From Oceanispirochaeta sp. (GTDB taxonomy: Bacteria; Spirochaetota; Spirochaetia; DSM-2461): a stretch of 64,000 bases of DNA. The DNA lies in NCBI GenBank assembly GCA_963666275.2, contig CAXXOA010000001.1, positions 416,001-480,000 on the forward strand. The letters run 5' to 3'. Position numbers and translations under genes: made by a program. Positions 34,553 to 44,006 of the stretch are shown piece by piece. The notes under the pieces were generated by a model, which was not told the DNA's origin, did no database searches, and worked only from the letters and a program-made list of their open reading frames with translations. Numbering within the stretch: the stretch's first letter is position 1; each line of letters opens with the position of its first letter.

Positions 34553-35896
34553 TTGTTCAATAAAACAAAAGGTCCCTCCTACTGCCTCGTACTGAGCGGG
34601 GGCGGGGCCAAGGGTATTTATCATATCGGCGCCTGGAGGGCTCTGCAGGAGCTGGGTATCCGGGTAGACGCATTTATAGGCAACTCCATCGGCGCCATTA
34701 TCGCCGCTTTCCTGGCAGAAGGGAAAATCAGGGAGCTCGAGGATATCGGTGACAATATAGGCATCGATTTCATAATGAAGCTTCCTCCGGAACTGATCGA
34801 GAAGGGGGAACTGAAGGTGGGCTGGGAAAAACTGCCGGCTTTCCGCTCTTTCTACAGGAGTGTCATTCAGAACAAGGGGATCGATGTCTCCCCCCTGAGG
34901 GATCTTATATACAACAATCTGAGTGAAGAAGGGATCAGAAATTCGGGAAATGATCTGGGAGTCGTGACATTCAATGTTTCCGACATGAAACCTGTGCGAA
35001 CCTTCCTTGATGAAATGGAAGAGGGGACCGTTCTGGATTTCCTTCTGGCCAGTGCGGCAGTTCCCGGGCTGAAGCAGACCGAGATCAAAGGCAAGAAATT
35101 CATAGACGGCGGCGTATGGGACAACCTTCCCTATGATATGGCCCGGAACAGGGGATACAGAAATATCATCATCATTGATATCTCCGGGGTGGGGGTCAAC
35201 AGAAAGCCCTCCATAGAAGGCTCCAATACGGTGTATATCAAGAACTCCATCAATATGGGGGGACTCTTTGATTTTAACAGAGAGTTTCTGGACAACTACA
35301 GAATGCTGGGGTATCTGGACACACTGAAGACCTTCGACCGCCTGAAAGGATTTGACTATTTCTTTGTTCCCGATCCAAAGCAGGAGAAGAAACTGCTCCG
35401 CCTGCTTGAAGACCCTGATGTGGTTTCCTATCTGGAAGGGTTCATTCCCTATCAGAAGGATCGAGCCTGGTTCAGGAATGCCGACTGGCCGATCCGGAAG
35501 ATTCTGCCCGAAAGGATGCAGAAAAACAGGGACGTCCTCTACAGTATGGCAGACTGTGCGGCTGCGGTGTTTGCTCTGGAAAGGGTTAAAAAGTACAGCA
35601 TGGAAGACCTTATCCGGGAGGCGCAGAAACGGATTGATCTGGTAGAGAAAAAGCTGGATGAACTGAAGAAAACCATAACCAGATCAGAGGTAATGCAGCT
35701 GATAACAAAACTGACACTCTTCTTCAAGGAGACCAGAAACCCCGAAGAGGATGTGGAATCCCCCTACTACCACTACCGGCTGGTTCAGAACGTGCTGGAA
35801 CAGGATGATTCCTCCCTTCTTATGAAAGGAATGTTTTCCTATTACCCTGAATTACGGGGCGGTCTGATTTTTGTGAATCTTATGACAGACCTGTAG
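34553..35896 (+). CDS. Patatin-like phospholipase
   Basis: LSGGGAKG, GNSIG, ASAAVP and DGG motifs. Confidence 0.92.
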   Translation: MFNKTKGPSYCLVLSGGGAKGIYHIGAWRALQELGIRVDAFIGNSIGAIIAAFLAEGKIRELEDIGDNIGIDFIMKLPPELIEKGELKVGWEKLPAFRSFYRSVIQNKGIDVSPLRDLIYNNLSEEGIRNSGNDLGVVTFNVSDMKPVRTFLDEMEEGTVLDFLLASAAVPGLKQTEIKGKKFIDGGVWDNLPYDMARNRGYRNIIIIDISGVGVNRKPSIEGSNTVYIKNSINMGGLFDFNREFLDNYRMLGYLDTLKTFDRLKGFDYFFVPDPKQEKKLLRLLEDPDVVSYLEGFIPYQKDRAWFRNADWPIRKILPERMQKNRDVLYSMADCAAAVFALERVKKYSMEDLIREAQKRIDLVEKKLDELKKTITRSEVMQLITKLTLFFKETRNPEEDVESPYYHYRLVQNVLEQDDSSLLMKGMFSYYPELRGGLIFVNLMTDL

Positions 35897-35905
35897 ACAC
35901 TCTTT

Positions 35906-36661
35906 TCAGGAGCCCTGGGGGGGATCAAAAAACAGAATCGCTGTTTTGCTGTCGGTCTCTCTCAGGGGACGGATCCTCAGAACATAGGCGTTTCCTCTTA
36001 TCTCCAGAGCAAACCGGGCCTCTTTCCAGCCCTCTGCGAGCTCCCGGAGAATCCTCTCTTTTATCTCTTCAGGCAGTTCCGATCCCGCCGTTCCGGCTTC
36101 CACCGCTATTTTCAGATTATAGATATCATTGCTGATTCTGATGCTCAGATCTTCGTTCAGGACCACCGATGCCTGGGGCAGTACATTCAGAATCGCTGTC
36201 GAAAGGACCAGATCCTGATCCCGCGGTCTGTCTTCTCCATGATAGGCGGAAAGGATGACTTTCATGGATTCTCTATTGGCTTCGGCTGTGGTAAACCGTT
36301 CCTCACAGTCATGTATGGTTCTGATAAGATCCTTTTCGGTCCAGGGCTTCTGCAGGGAGGAGCAGATCTCTTTATCTCTGACAGCATCCAGAACCCCCCG
36401 GGAACCGGGGGAGGATGTCATCAGGCAGCGGACCGTATCGGGGTGACGGCTTTTCATCTGCTTCAGAAAGTCCAGACCTCCCTTTTCGGGAATCCCTTCA
36501 TCGCAGAGAAAAATATTCGGTTTATTCTTTCGTATAGAAAAGAAAGCTTCGGCAGCGGATGTCGCAGTATTTACTTTGTATTTCTCTTTTTTGAGACAGG
36601 AACGTATGAGATTTAACTGGTCAGAATCTTCATAAACGACTAAAACTAACGGTTTCCTCAC
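35906..36661 (-). CDS. Response regulator receiver domain protein
   Basis: ED acidic pocket, FLCDEGIP phospho-Asp, MTS and KPW, followed by a C-terminal PAS-like region. Confidence 0.78.
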   Translation of the reverse strand: MRKPLVLVVYEDSDQLNLIRSCLKKEKYKVNTATSAAEAFFSIRKNKPNIFLCDEGIPEKGGLDFLKQMKSRHPDTVRCLMTSSPGSRGVLDAVRDKEICSSLQKPWTEKDLIRTIHDCEERFTTAEANRESMKVILSAYHGEDRPRDQDLVLSTAILNVLPQASVVLNEDLSIRISNDIYNLKIAVEAGTAGSELPEEIKERILRELAEGWKEARFALEIRGNAYVLRIRPLRETDSKTAILFFDPPQGS

Positions 36662-36760
36662 GAAAATTGTCCTTCAGAGAAATCTTAATAGCCTTTGTGA
36701 TGCTTATAATTATCTTATTTCCTGAAGAAAAAATCAAAAAAGAACCGAAAGTTATTCTTT

Positions 36761-38782
36761 TTATCTTTTCAGTTCATTTATTCTCTGTAGATAGACCTGG
36801 CTGGTTTTATCTTGGGGCATTATTTCAAGGAGTCTCAGGAACCCTGTACGGGCTTCCTCATAGGCGCCGCTGGTGAATGAAGCCAGGGCCTTGTAGAAGT
36901 CGGCTCTGCTCTGTCTTTTTGCCTCCAGTGTCTCCGGGTCATCGGTGTTGAACAGTTCATAAATAGGGACGGGCTCCTTTTTTCCCTTAACAAGAATCTG
37001 GCCGATATACCGCTCCTCAAGGAACTCTTTATCCGTCACAGCTTCCCAGGTGCATTCGCTCATGGCAATCAGGAGTCCGTAGTCTTTTGTCAGAGATTCA
37101 ATTCTGGCACAGAGGTTCACAGCATCCGAAATCACAGTGCTGTCCATCCTTTCGTTCTCACCGATGGTTCCCAGCATCATGCTCCCCGTATGGATCCCGA
37201 TTCCCAGCTGAATGCTGTTATATCCGCAGCTCTGGCGGTGCTTGTTGTAGATCTTGATCTGTTCCTGGATCTGAATGGCTGCTTTGACAGCTGTATCGGC
37301 GGTGCCGGGAAAAAGAGCCATAATCCCGTCTCCTACATATTTGTCTATAAAACCGCCGAACTGCCGGATTATGGGCCCGATCCTTTCCAGATAGGAGTTC
37401 AGAAAGAGGAAGTTCTCCCGGGGAGTGAGGTTTTCCGACAGGGTGGTGAACTCCCTGATGTCGCAGAACATGATTGTCATTTCCAGCTGGGTATGATCTC
37501 CCAGGTTTACATCGGCAATCTTCTGTTTGCCCAGGAATTTGAGGAACTCCTGGGGAACAAAGCGTTTGAGGGAGTTATTGGTCTGCTGGAGTTCCATGGA
37601 AAGGGCTTCGGACCGGGAAAACTCCCTTCCTATGTTCCAGCTCATCAGAGCCGCCTGTGACATGATGAAGAAGGACAGCCCGATGGGAACCAGATGGGCT
37701 GTCTGGATCACGCCCTGGGAATAGAGGATGTCATTGATAACCGTTCCGAAGAGGATTAGAAATCCGATGAGAGTGACCAGGGCGGAGCTGTTTTTCTGAA
37801 AGACCCTCTGAACTATCACAGCGAAAATAACAAGGCTTATCATGAGGGTGATCACCTGATAGTAGACAAGATAACGGGAGTAGATCCTGTGGGGGAAGAT
37901 CAGGATGAGAACCACGAAAATCAGGCTTGCAATGTTGACAGGATATTTAAAGATCCGGCTCCATTTGAAATCGTATTCGAAGGCTATGAACAGCAGGAAC
38001 AGGGGGACGGAGACACAGAAAGTCAGATAGCCGATCTTATTCTCCAGGGCAAGGGGAAATCCGGGGAACATGGTAAGAAGGGTGTGCTGTCCGTATATGA
38101 TGGTTCTCATTCCCAGGACAAGTGAGAAGAGCCCGAAAAACAGAGAGGATTTGTCATTCCGTTTATTGATGTAGAAACTCAGGTAGAGAAGGCCCGAGAT
38201 CATGAGGACCCCGAAAATAAAAGCATCCTGCCACTCTGTCCGTTTTTTATGAAGTTCCAGCTTTTCGTAGTTCCCGATCAGAAACGCGTCCATAATCCCC
38301 CCCCGGAGATCTTCAAAATTGGAGACCTGAACCAGCAGTTCCAGCTCGTTCAAAGGGGGGAGCTTATGGATCTGCAGCTGATCCCGGTTTCTGTTGGGGG
38401 TCCATTCCCGGGAAGGATTCCCGTTCTCTGCGATCAGGGACCCGTTGAGGAAAATTCTGTACTGGTTCTGGGTATACCTGGTTCTGAGTCCCAGCTCATA
38501 GTCCGTATCCGGCAGAAGAACCTTCAGCCTGTAGGTTCCGAAGCCGTGGCGGGGGTACTTATCATCGTCCATCCAGGATCCGGGAATCGACATAGAATCA
38601 GGATTGTCCGGAAGCGCTTCTCCCGGAGTCAGCAGCCTGTTCCAGTAAAACTCCCAGTTCCCCTCCAGTTTCGCCGGGTGTTCATAAAAGGAGGATTCTC
38701 TCAGATCCAGCAGGGCCTCTTCAGGAAATGCCTGAGAGAGTGAGATGAGGAGAGGCAGAAACAGCAATACTTTTTTTAACAT
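36761..38782 (-). CDS. Class III adenylate/guanylate cyclase with a 7TM-DISM sensor
   Basis: Signal peptide, LEGNWEFYWN extracellular domain, 7 TM helices, then FCDIREFT, DKYVGD, GIGIHTG and SDAVNLCARIE. Confidence 0.92.
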   Translation of the reverse strand: MLKKVLLFLPLLISLSQAFPEEALLDLRESSFYEHPAKLEGNWEFYWNRLLTPGEALPDNPDSMSIPGSWMDDDKYPRHGFGTYRLKVLLPDTDYELGLRTRYTQNQYRIFLNGSLIAENGNPSREWTPNRNRDQLQIHKLPPLNELELLVQVSNFEDLRGGIMDAFLIGNYEKLELHKKRTEWQDAFIFGVLMISGLLYLSFYINKRNDKSSLFFGLFSLVLGMRTIIYGQHTLLTMFPGFPLALENKIGYLTFCVSVPLFLLFIAFEYDFKWSRIFKYPVNIASLIFVVLILIFPHRIYSRYLVYYQVITLMISLVIFAVIVQRVFQKNSSALVTLIGFLILFGTVINDILYSQGVIQTAHLVPIGLSFFIMSQAALMSWNIGREFSRSEALSMELQQTNNSLKRFVPQEFLKFLGKQKIADVNLGDHTQLEMTIMFCDIREFTTLSENLTPRENFLFLNSYLERIGPIIRQFGGFIDKYVGDGIMALFPGTADTAVKAAIQIQEQIKIYNKHRQSCGYNSIQLGIGIHTGSMMLGTIGENERMDSTVISDAVNLCARIESLTKDYGLLIAMSECTWEAVTDKEFLEERYIGQILVKGKKEPVPIYELFNTDDPETLEAKRQSRADFYKALASFTSGAYEEARTGFLRLLEIMPQDKTSQVYLQRINELKR

Positions 38783-38889
38783 GATTTTCCACTTTTGATT
38801 TTTGTATAGTAAAAATTATACTCTCTGTAACTTGCAGTTGTCCATGATGTTTGAAGGACACAGCCCATTAGAGGTATAATATTGTTCAT

Positions 38890-40143
38890 ATGAATGAGAA
38901 ACGATTCCTTTATCTGATCCTGACACTGATATTCCTACTGATGACCATCATGAATTCCCTTGTCATGATCAGCCAGATCCAGCGAGAGATGCATGACTTT
39001 CTGGGAGATACGGAGAAGCTCCTCTATGGATTCTACCAGTCCTATGTGGAGGGAGATATTCAGGATGAATCGTTTCCTCCGGAAATTCACGGGGTAGGGG
39101 TCTACAATTTCTACGGAGCGCCCCTGTTTACCCATGGTTCAGCACCCGACAGGGTGGATGCCGGAAAGCATCAGCAGCCCTATTTCAACAGAAAGAAGAA
39201 AACTGTCATCGTAACCCGGGACCTGCTGGATCCTTTTTCTCCGGGAATCAAGGATATTGATTCCATCGATACAGTCCATACCAGGATGCTGGAGGATGCC
39301 AGAGCCAGCTCGGAAGAGGAAAAAAAGCAGATGATCCGTCTGATTTTTATGGAAGTGACCGATTCTCCCCTGTCCTTCGTCAGAAGGCGTTACAGGATCT
39401 TTATGGGCTCCGTGACAGCCCTGCTGCTTATGATTGTCATCTATATAGGAGTCCTCTATCTGAGAAACCTGAAGTACAGGAACCAGATTGAATCCCAGCA
39501 GCGCCTTGTGATGCTGGGAACCGCTGCCAGAACCCTGACCCATGAAGTCAAAAATCCTCTGAGCAGTATCCGCCTTCAGACAAGCATCATACGCCGCTCG
39601 GGCTGCGAACTTCATGAGCCCTCCCTGAAGATCATTGAAGAGGAGGTTCAGAGACTTGCGGGTATGACCGAAAGGATCGGGGACTTTCTCCGGCACCCCG
39701 AAGGAAATCCCTGCCGCACCGAACTTTCCGCTGAGATCCGGAGCTCCCTGGACAAGGGACATCCCGGGATTTTTCCTCCCCGGCTGGAAGTCCCCACGGA
39801 ATTTCCCGTACTTATAGATCCGGAAAGATTCAGGTCCATTGTCGACAACCTTGTGAATAATGCCGTGGAAAGCGGAAGTCCCGCCGGAGACATCACTCTC
39901 TCTCTGGAGAGAAAGGGCCATGAGGTAATTCTGACCATAGCCGACAGAGGCTGCGGAATCTCCGGGGAGAATCTGAAACGGATACAGGATCCTTTTTTTA
40001 CAACCAAATCCCGCGGTTCCGGGGTGGGACTCTCTATTGTTCAGAACTTTATTCAGGCCGCAGGGGGGAGGATGGATATCCACTCCGCAGTCGATGAGGG
40101 AACGACAGTTCGTGTCTTCTTTCCTCTGATCAGGGAGGCTTAG
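38890..40143 (+). CDS. Sensor histidine kinase
   Basis: Two TM helices, H-box THEVKNPL, N-box NLVNNA, DRGCG, FFTTK and GSGVGL. Confidence 0.93.
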   Translation: MNEKRFLYLILTLIFLLMTIMNSLVMISQIQREMHDFLGDTEKLLYGFYQSYVEGDIQDESFPPEIHGVGVYNFYGAPLFTHGSAPDRVDAGKHQQPYFNRKKKTVIVTRDLLDPFSPGIKDIDSIDTVHTRMLEDARASSEEEKKQMIRLIFMEVTDSPLSFVRRRYRIFMGSVTALLLMIVIYIGVLYLRNLKYRNQIESQQRLVMLGTAARTLTHEVKNPLSSIRLQTSIIRRSGCELHEPSLKIIEEEVQRLAGMTERIGDFLRHPEGNPCRTELSAEIRSSLDKGHPGIFPPRLEVPTEFPVLIDPERFRSIVDNLVNNAVESGSPAGDITLSLERKGHEVILTIADRGCGISGENLKRIQDPFFTTKSRGSGVGLSIVQNFIQAAGGRMDIHSAVDEGTTVRVFFPLIREA

Positions 40144-40144
40144 G

Positions 40145-41494
40145 ATGAGGATCCTTATTGTAGATGATGAAAAGAATATCAGAGACAGTCTGAAAATGAT
40201 TCTTCAGCAGGAAGGGTATGAAATCACCACCGCTGAGAATGGCCTTTCTGCACAGAGAATCCTGGAAACAAGCTCTTTTGACCTGGGAATCTTTGATCTG
40301 AAAATGCCCGGAATGGACGGATTGGAGCTTTTGAAATGGCTTAAAAGCGGAGAACGGGATTTCCCTGTCTATATGATCAGTGCCTTCGGACAGGTGGAAG
40401 ATGCCGTGAATGCCCTGAAAAGCGGAGCCGACGACTATATCACCAAACCTTTTGACCCGGATCTTCTGCTTGAAAAGGTCCGGATCATCGATTCGGTAAA
40501 AGTGTTGGAAAGCCGTATGGAAAAGGGCGGGGAGTCCCGGCAGACCGGCTACTTTCTGGGTCAGAGCCAGGGGGCGGAAAAGCTCTACCGCCGGATGGAA
40601 AGGATCGCCGCCACCCGGTCCAATATCCTGCTCACAGGGGAGAGCGGCGTCGGTAAGGAGGTCACCGCCCGGCTTATTCACGAATGGTCCGCCCGGCCCG
40701 AAGAACCCTTTGTGGCTCTGAATATCGGCGGAATACCCGAGAATCTGCTGGAGAGTGAACTCTTCGGGTATGAGAAGGGCGCTTTTACCGGCGCGGATAA
40801 AAGAAAACCGGGGCTCTTTGAAACCGCCCGGGGAGGCTCGCTGTTTCTGGATGAAATAGGGGAAATGCCTCTGCCCCTGCAGGTAAAGCTCCTCAGGGTT
40901 CTTCAGGACAGATCATTCCGCCGTCTGGGCGGGCTGGAGGATCTGAAGATCGAATCCAGGATTATAACCGCCACCAACCGGAACCTGGAGGAGATGGTCC
41001 TCTCCGGAGGATTCCGGGAAGACCTCTACTACCGCCTCAATGTGGCCCGTCTGGAGATCCCGCCCCTCCGGGAGAGGATGGATGAACTGCCCCGGCTCAC
41101 AGGATTCCTCCTGGAAAAACTGAACGGTAGAATGGCCATGTCCGTCAGAGGATTAACCCCGGGAGCCTGGAAAAAACTGGAGGATTACCGGTTTCCCGGG
41201 AATGTCAGGGAGCTGGAGAATATCCTGGAACGGGCCATGATCTTTGCCGAAGGGGATATGCTCACTCCCGGGGATATCGATATCCAGTCCGCTCCGGATC
41301 TGGCAACCCGTACATCCTCCCCGAGCGGTATCTCCGAACCGGGCAGGACCCTGAAGGAACTGGAACGGGACTCCATCGCCGCCGCCCTGCACCGCTGGGA
41401 AGGCAACCGCAGCAAGGCTGCAAAGGAACTGGGCATATCCCGGCGCACCATAATCAACAAGATCCAGGAGTACAACCTGGAAAACACCCCGTAA
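40145..41494 (+). CDS. Sigma-54-dependent response regulator (NtrC/AtoC family)
   Basis: Receiver DLKMP, GESGVGKE, GAFTGA, LDEIGE, FPGNVREL, and a Fis-type HTH. Confidence 0.95.
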   Translation: MRILIVDDEKNIRDSLKMILQQEGYEITTAENGLSAQRILETSSFDLGIFDLKMPGMDGLELLKWLKSGERDFPVYMISAFGQVEDAVNALKSGADDYITKPFDPDLLLEKVRIIDSVKVLESRMEKGGESRQTGYFLGQSQGAEKLYRRMERIAATRSNILLTGESGVGKEVTARLIHEWSARPEEPFVALNIGGIPENLLESELFGYEKGAFTGADKRKPGLFETARGGSLFLDEIGEMPLPLQVKLLRVLQDRSFRRLGGLEDLKIESRIITATNRNLEEMVLSGGFREDLYYRLNVARLEIPPLRERMDELPRLTGFLLEKLNGRMAMSVRGLTPGAWKKLEDYRFPGNVRELENILERAMIFAEGDMLTPGDIDIQSAPDLATRTSSPSGISEPGRTLKELERDSIAAALHRWEGNRSKAAKELGISRRTIINKIQEYNLENTP

Positions 41495-41566
41495 GGCCCG
41501 ACAAAGACAGAACCCCCAAAGTTCGGGCAATTCAAGAATTGCCTCTATTCCCCCCCCTCCCATAAC

Positions 41567-41601
41567 TGTGCACATCTTTCCTCCTGCGCAAAATCTGCAC
41601 A
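41567..41601 (+). promoter_or_regulatory. Putative enhancer (UAS) for the adjacent bEBP
   Basis: Near-palindrome TGCGCA-N5-TGCACA (41585-41601), preceded by a half-matching TGTGCA-N5 site, about 80-115 bp upstream of the sigma-54 TSS. Confidence 0.55.
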
Positions 41602-41653
41602 CTTCCTCCTCTCAGGCTGCCACTGAAACTGCACTGAACAAACTCTCCACCAC

Positions 41654-41670
41654 TTGGCATGCTTCCTGCA
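41654..41670 (+). promoter_or_regulatory. Sigma-54 (-24/-12) promoter of the RND operon
   Basis: TTGGCATGCTTCCTGCA, an exact GG-N10-GC spacing. Confidence 0.85.
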
Positions 41671-41729
41671 TTAAGCCTTTTCACATATGACTGTCACATC
41701 AGACGGTTATAGAGGAAAGGAACTGAACA

Positions 41730-43037
41730 ATGAAAAAAAATATAGTGATTTTAAGTCTGATTCTCTTTTGGACAGCAGGGCTGACAGCCGAAACCGGCGC
41801 TCCTCTGGTGATTACAGAAAAGTCCGCTGTAGAACTGGCCCTGGAAAGGAATGTAAATCTTCAGACTGCTGATATCGATCGTGAAAGCGCAGAGGATTCC
41901 TTCCGGAACAGATGGAATGTTCTGCTCCCGGACTTGACTGCTTCCGGCGGTCTCTCCCGTTCGGATTCTCTTCTGGAAGAGTCCGCTGTCGATAGTACCT
42001 GGAGTGTGAACGGAACCCTGTCGGCCAAACTGGATCTCAATTTTTCCTCCGCCTATACCTTTGAGGATTCCGAACTTGCCTATCAGGCGGAAAATCTCAT
42101 TTTTGATGATACTGAAACCCAGCTCATTAGGAATGTGAAGAAACAGTTCTACTATCTTCTGGTTTCCAAGGAAAACCTGGCTCTTCAGGAGAGAAACCTT
42201 GAACTGGCCGAGAAAAGGTATCTGCAGGAAGAAACCAATTACTCCAATGGTCTGGCTTCCCAGCTGACTGTCCTGGAAGCCCGTAACTCTTTCGAAGGAC
42301 TGAAGCCTACCCTTCAGGAAACAAAGACATCCTATGAAACGCAGCTTATGTCATTTAAAAAACTCCTGGGACTGGATCTTGAGCAGCTCATTGATGTAGA
42401 GGGGACTCTGACAGGAATTGATCTTGAACTTAAAGGAGATGATCTTCTGGATGCATTTCTTATGCAGAGGAATGATATTCTCAGTGCGGTGAATGCCCTG
42501 AAATCCGCAGAAAATCAGCTGGCCATGACCAGCGCCGGCTATCTGAGTCCCTCTCTGTCACTCAGTTCCGGATGGACCAGTTCCGCTCCTGATGCAGCCA
42601 ATCCCGAATGGAGCAATAGTCTGACCCTGTCGGCCTCTCTCTCTCTGCCTCTGAACGGACTTATACCCGGATCTTCCGAATCCCTGGCCATAAAAGACGC
42701 CCGCAGAGCAGTAGAGCAGGCCCGGCTGAATCTGGAAGATACAGTTTTTACAGCGGAGCAGGATATCCGCACCATTCTGATGGAACTGGACGGTTACAGA
42801 GAAAACATCGAGATTACCGAACTGAGTGTGGATCTGGCACAGAAAACCTTTGATATGACAGAAGAGGCATATCTTCTGGGATCCCGAGAGGTTCTGGATG
42901 TGGAAGATGCACAGAACAACCTGCTGGAAGCGGAGCAGGATCTGCTTCTGAGCAGATATAACTATCTGGCTGGTCTTCTTGATCTTGAATATGCCCTGAA
43001 TGCAGATCTGGATGAAATACGGAATATAGGAGAATAA
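41730..43037 (+). CDS. TolC-family outer membrane efflux protein
   Basis: Signal peptide and two OEP repeats (YSNGLAS and YLLGSRE..DV..AQ). Confidence 0.88.
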   Translation: MKKNIVILSLILFWTAGLTAETGAPLVITEKSAVELALERNVNLQTADIDRESAEDSFRNRWNVLLPDLTASGGLSRSDSLLEESAVDSTWSVNGTLSAKLDLNFSSAYTFEDSELAYQAENLIFDDTETQLIRNVKKQFYYLLVSKENLALQERNLELAEKRYLQEETNYSNGLASQLTVLEARNSFEGLKPTLQETKTSYETQLMSFKKLLGLDLEQLIDVEGTLTGIDLELKGDDLLDAFLMQRNDILSAVNALKSAENQLAMTSAGYLSPSLSLSSGWTSSAPDAANPEWSNSLTLSASLSLPLNGLIPGSSESLAIKDARRAVEQARLNLEDTVFTAEQDIRTILMELDGYRENIEITELSVDLAQKTFDMTEEAYLLGSREVLDVEDAQNNLLEAEQDLLLSRYNYLAGLLDLEYALNADLDEIRNIGE

Positions 43038-43040
43038 ACG

Positions 43041-43997
43041 ATGAATGATACAAAGAAAAGCAGAAAAGTTACAACAACAGGGATCATACTGGTCCTCTTA
43101 ATCCTTGCCGCCGGAGGTATTATCGGGTTCACCATGCTCAAACAGGACGCCCCCATTGCCGGTGGCCCCGGAAGCCCCGGGGGAGCCATGCCCGGAGGGG
43201 AAGAATCGGTGACCTATACAGTGGGAGCAGAAGAAATCGTTCCGGTTACCATGGAGGACTATCTGAAGTTCAACGGGGATGTGATTGCTGAAAACAGTGT
43301 GGATATCTACCCCGATGCGGCAGGTAAACTGATGAATCTCAATGTTTCTCTGGGGAGCTATGTTCGGAAAGGCCAGATCATAGCCCAAGTGGATCCCTCT
43401 CTGCCCGGCCAGGTCTATGAGGCCAGTCCGGTAAAATCCACCATAACAGGAACTGTAACGGATCTGCCCTTTAAAGTGGGAGCCACGATCTCTTCCACCA
43501 CAGTTCCCCTTGCAACGGTCGGGAATCTGGAGGATCTGCAGATCGTCAGCTATATTTCTGAAAAATATATGGCAGCGGCTGCTCTTGGACAGAGTGCGGA
43601 AGTTACTTTTGAACCCTACGGGAATCAGATCTTCTATGGAACTCTCACGGAGATAAGCCCGGTGGTGGATAAAAATTCACGAACCCTGGAGATCACAATA
43701 TCTCTGGATGAGTCGGACAGTCAGATTAAATCGGGAATGTTCGGTTCCGTCAGGCTTATTACGGATGTTAAAGAGAACATTTTTTCACTCCCCTCAGAGT
43801 GTATTCTGGATACTGCAGAAGGGGAGTTTGTCTATGTTGTTACTGATGATAATACAGTAAATCAGCGTTTTATCGAAAAGGGCCTTGAGATTGACGGATT
43901 TGTTGAGATCACTTCAGGCCTATCCGAAGGTGAACTGGTTGTGACCAGGGGGGTCTCCATGCTCAGAGAAGGATCTTCCGTCAGAATTGCTCAGTAG
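43041..43997 (+). CDS. RND efflux periplasmic adaptor (MFP)
   Basis: N-terminal anchor, lipoyl-like VRKGQIIA, ISPVVD..SRT, GMFG and GLSEGELVV motifs. Confidence 0.9.
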   Translation: MNDTKKSRKVTTTGIILVLLILAAGGIIGFTMLKQDAPIAGGPGSPGGAMPGGEESVTYTVGAEEIVPVTMEDYLKFNGDVIAENSVDIYPDAAGKLMNLNVSLGSYVRKGQIIAQVDPSLPGQVYEASPVKSTITGTVTDLPFKVGATISSTTVPLATVGNLEDLQIVSYISEKYMAAAALGQSAEVTFEPYGNQIFYGTLTEISPVVDKNSRTLEITISLDESDSQIKSGMFGSVRLITDVKENIFSLPSECILDTAEGEFVYVVTDDNTVNQRFIEKGLEIDGFVEITSGLSEGELVVTRGVSMLREGSSVRIAQ

Positions 43998-44006
43998 GAG
44001 TCTTAA

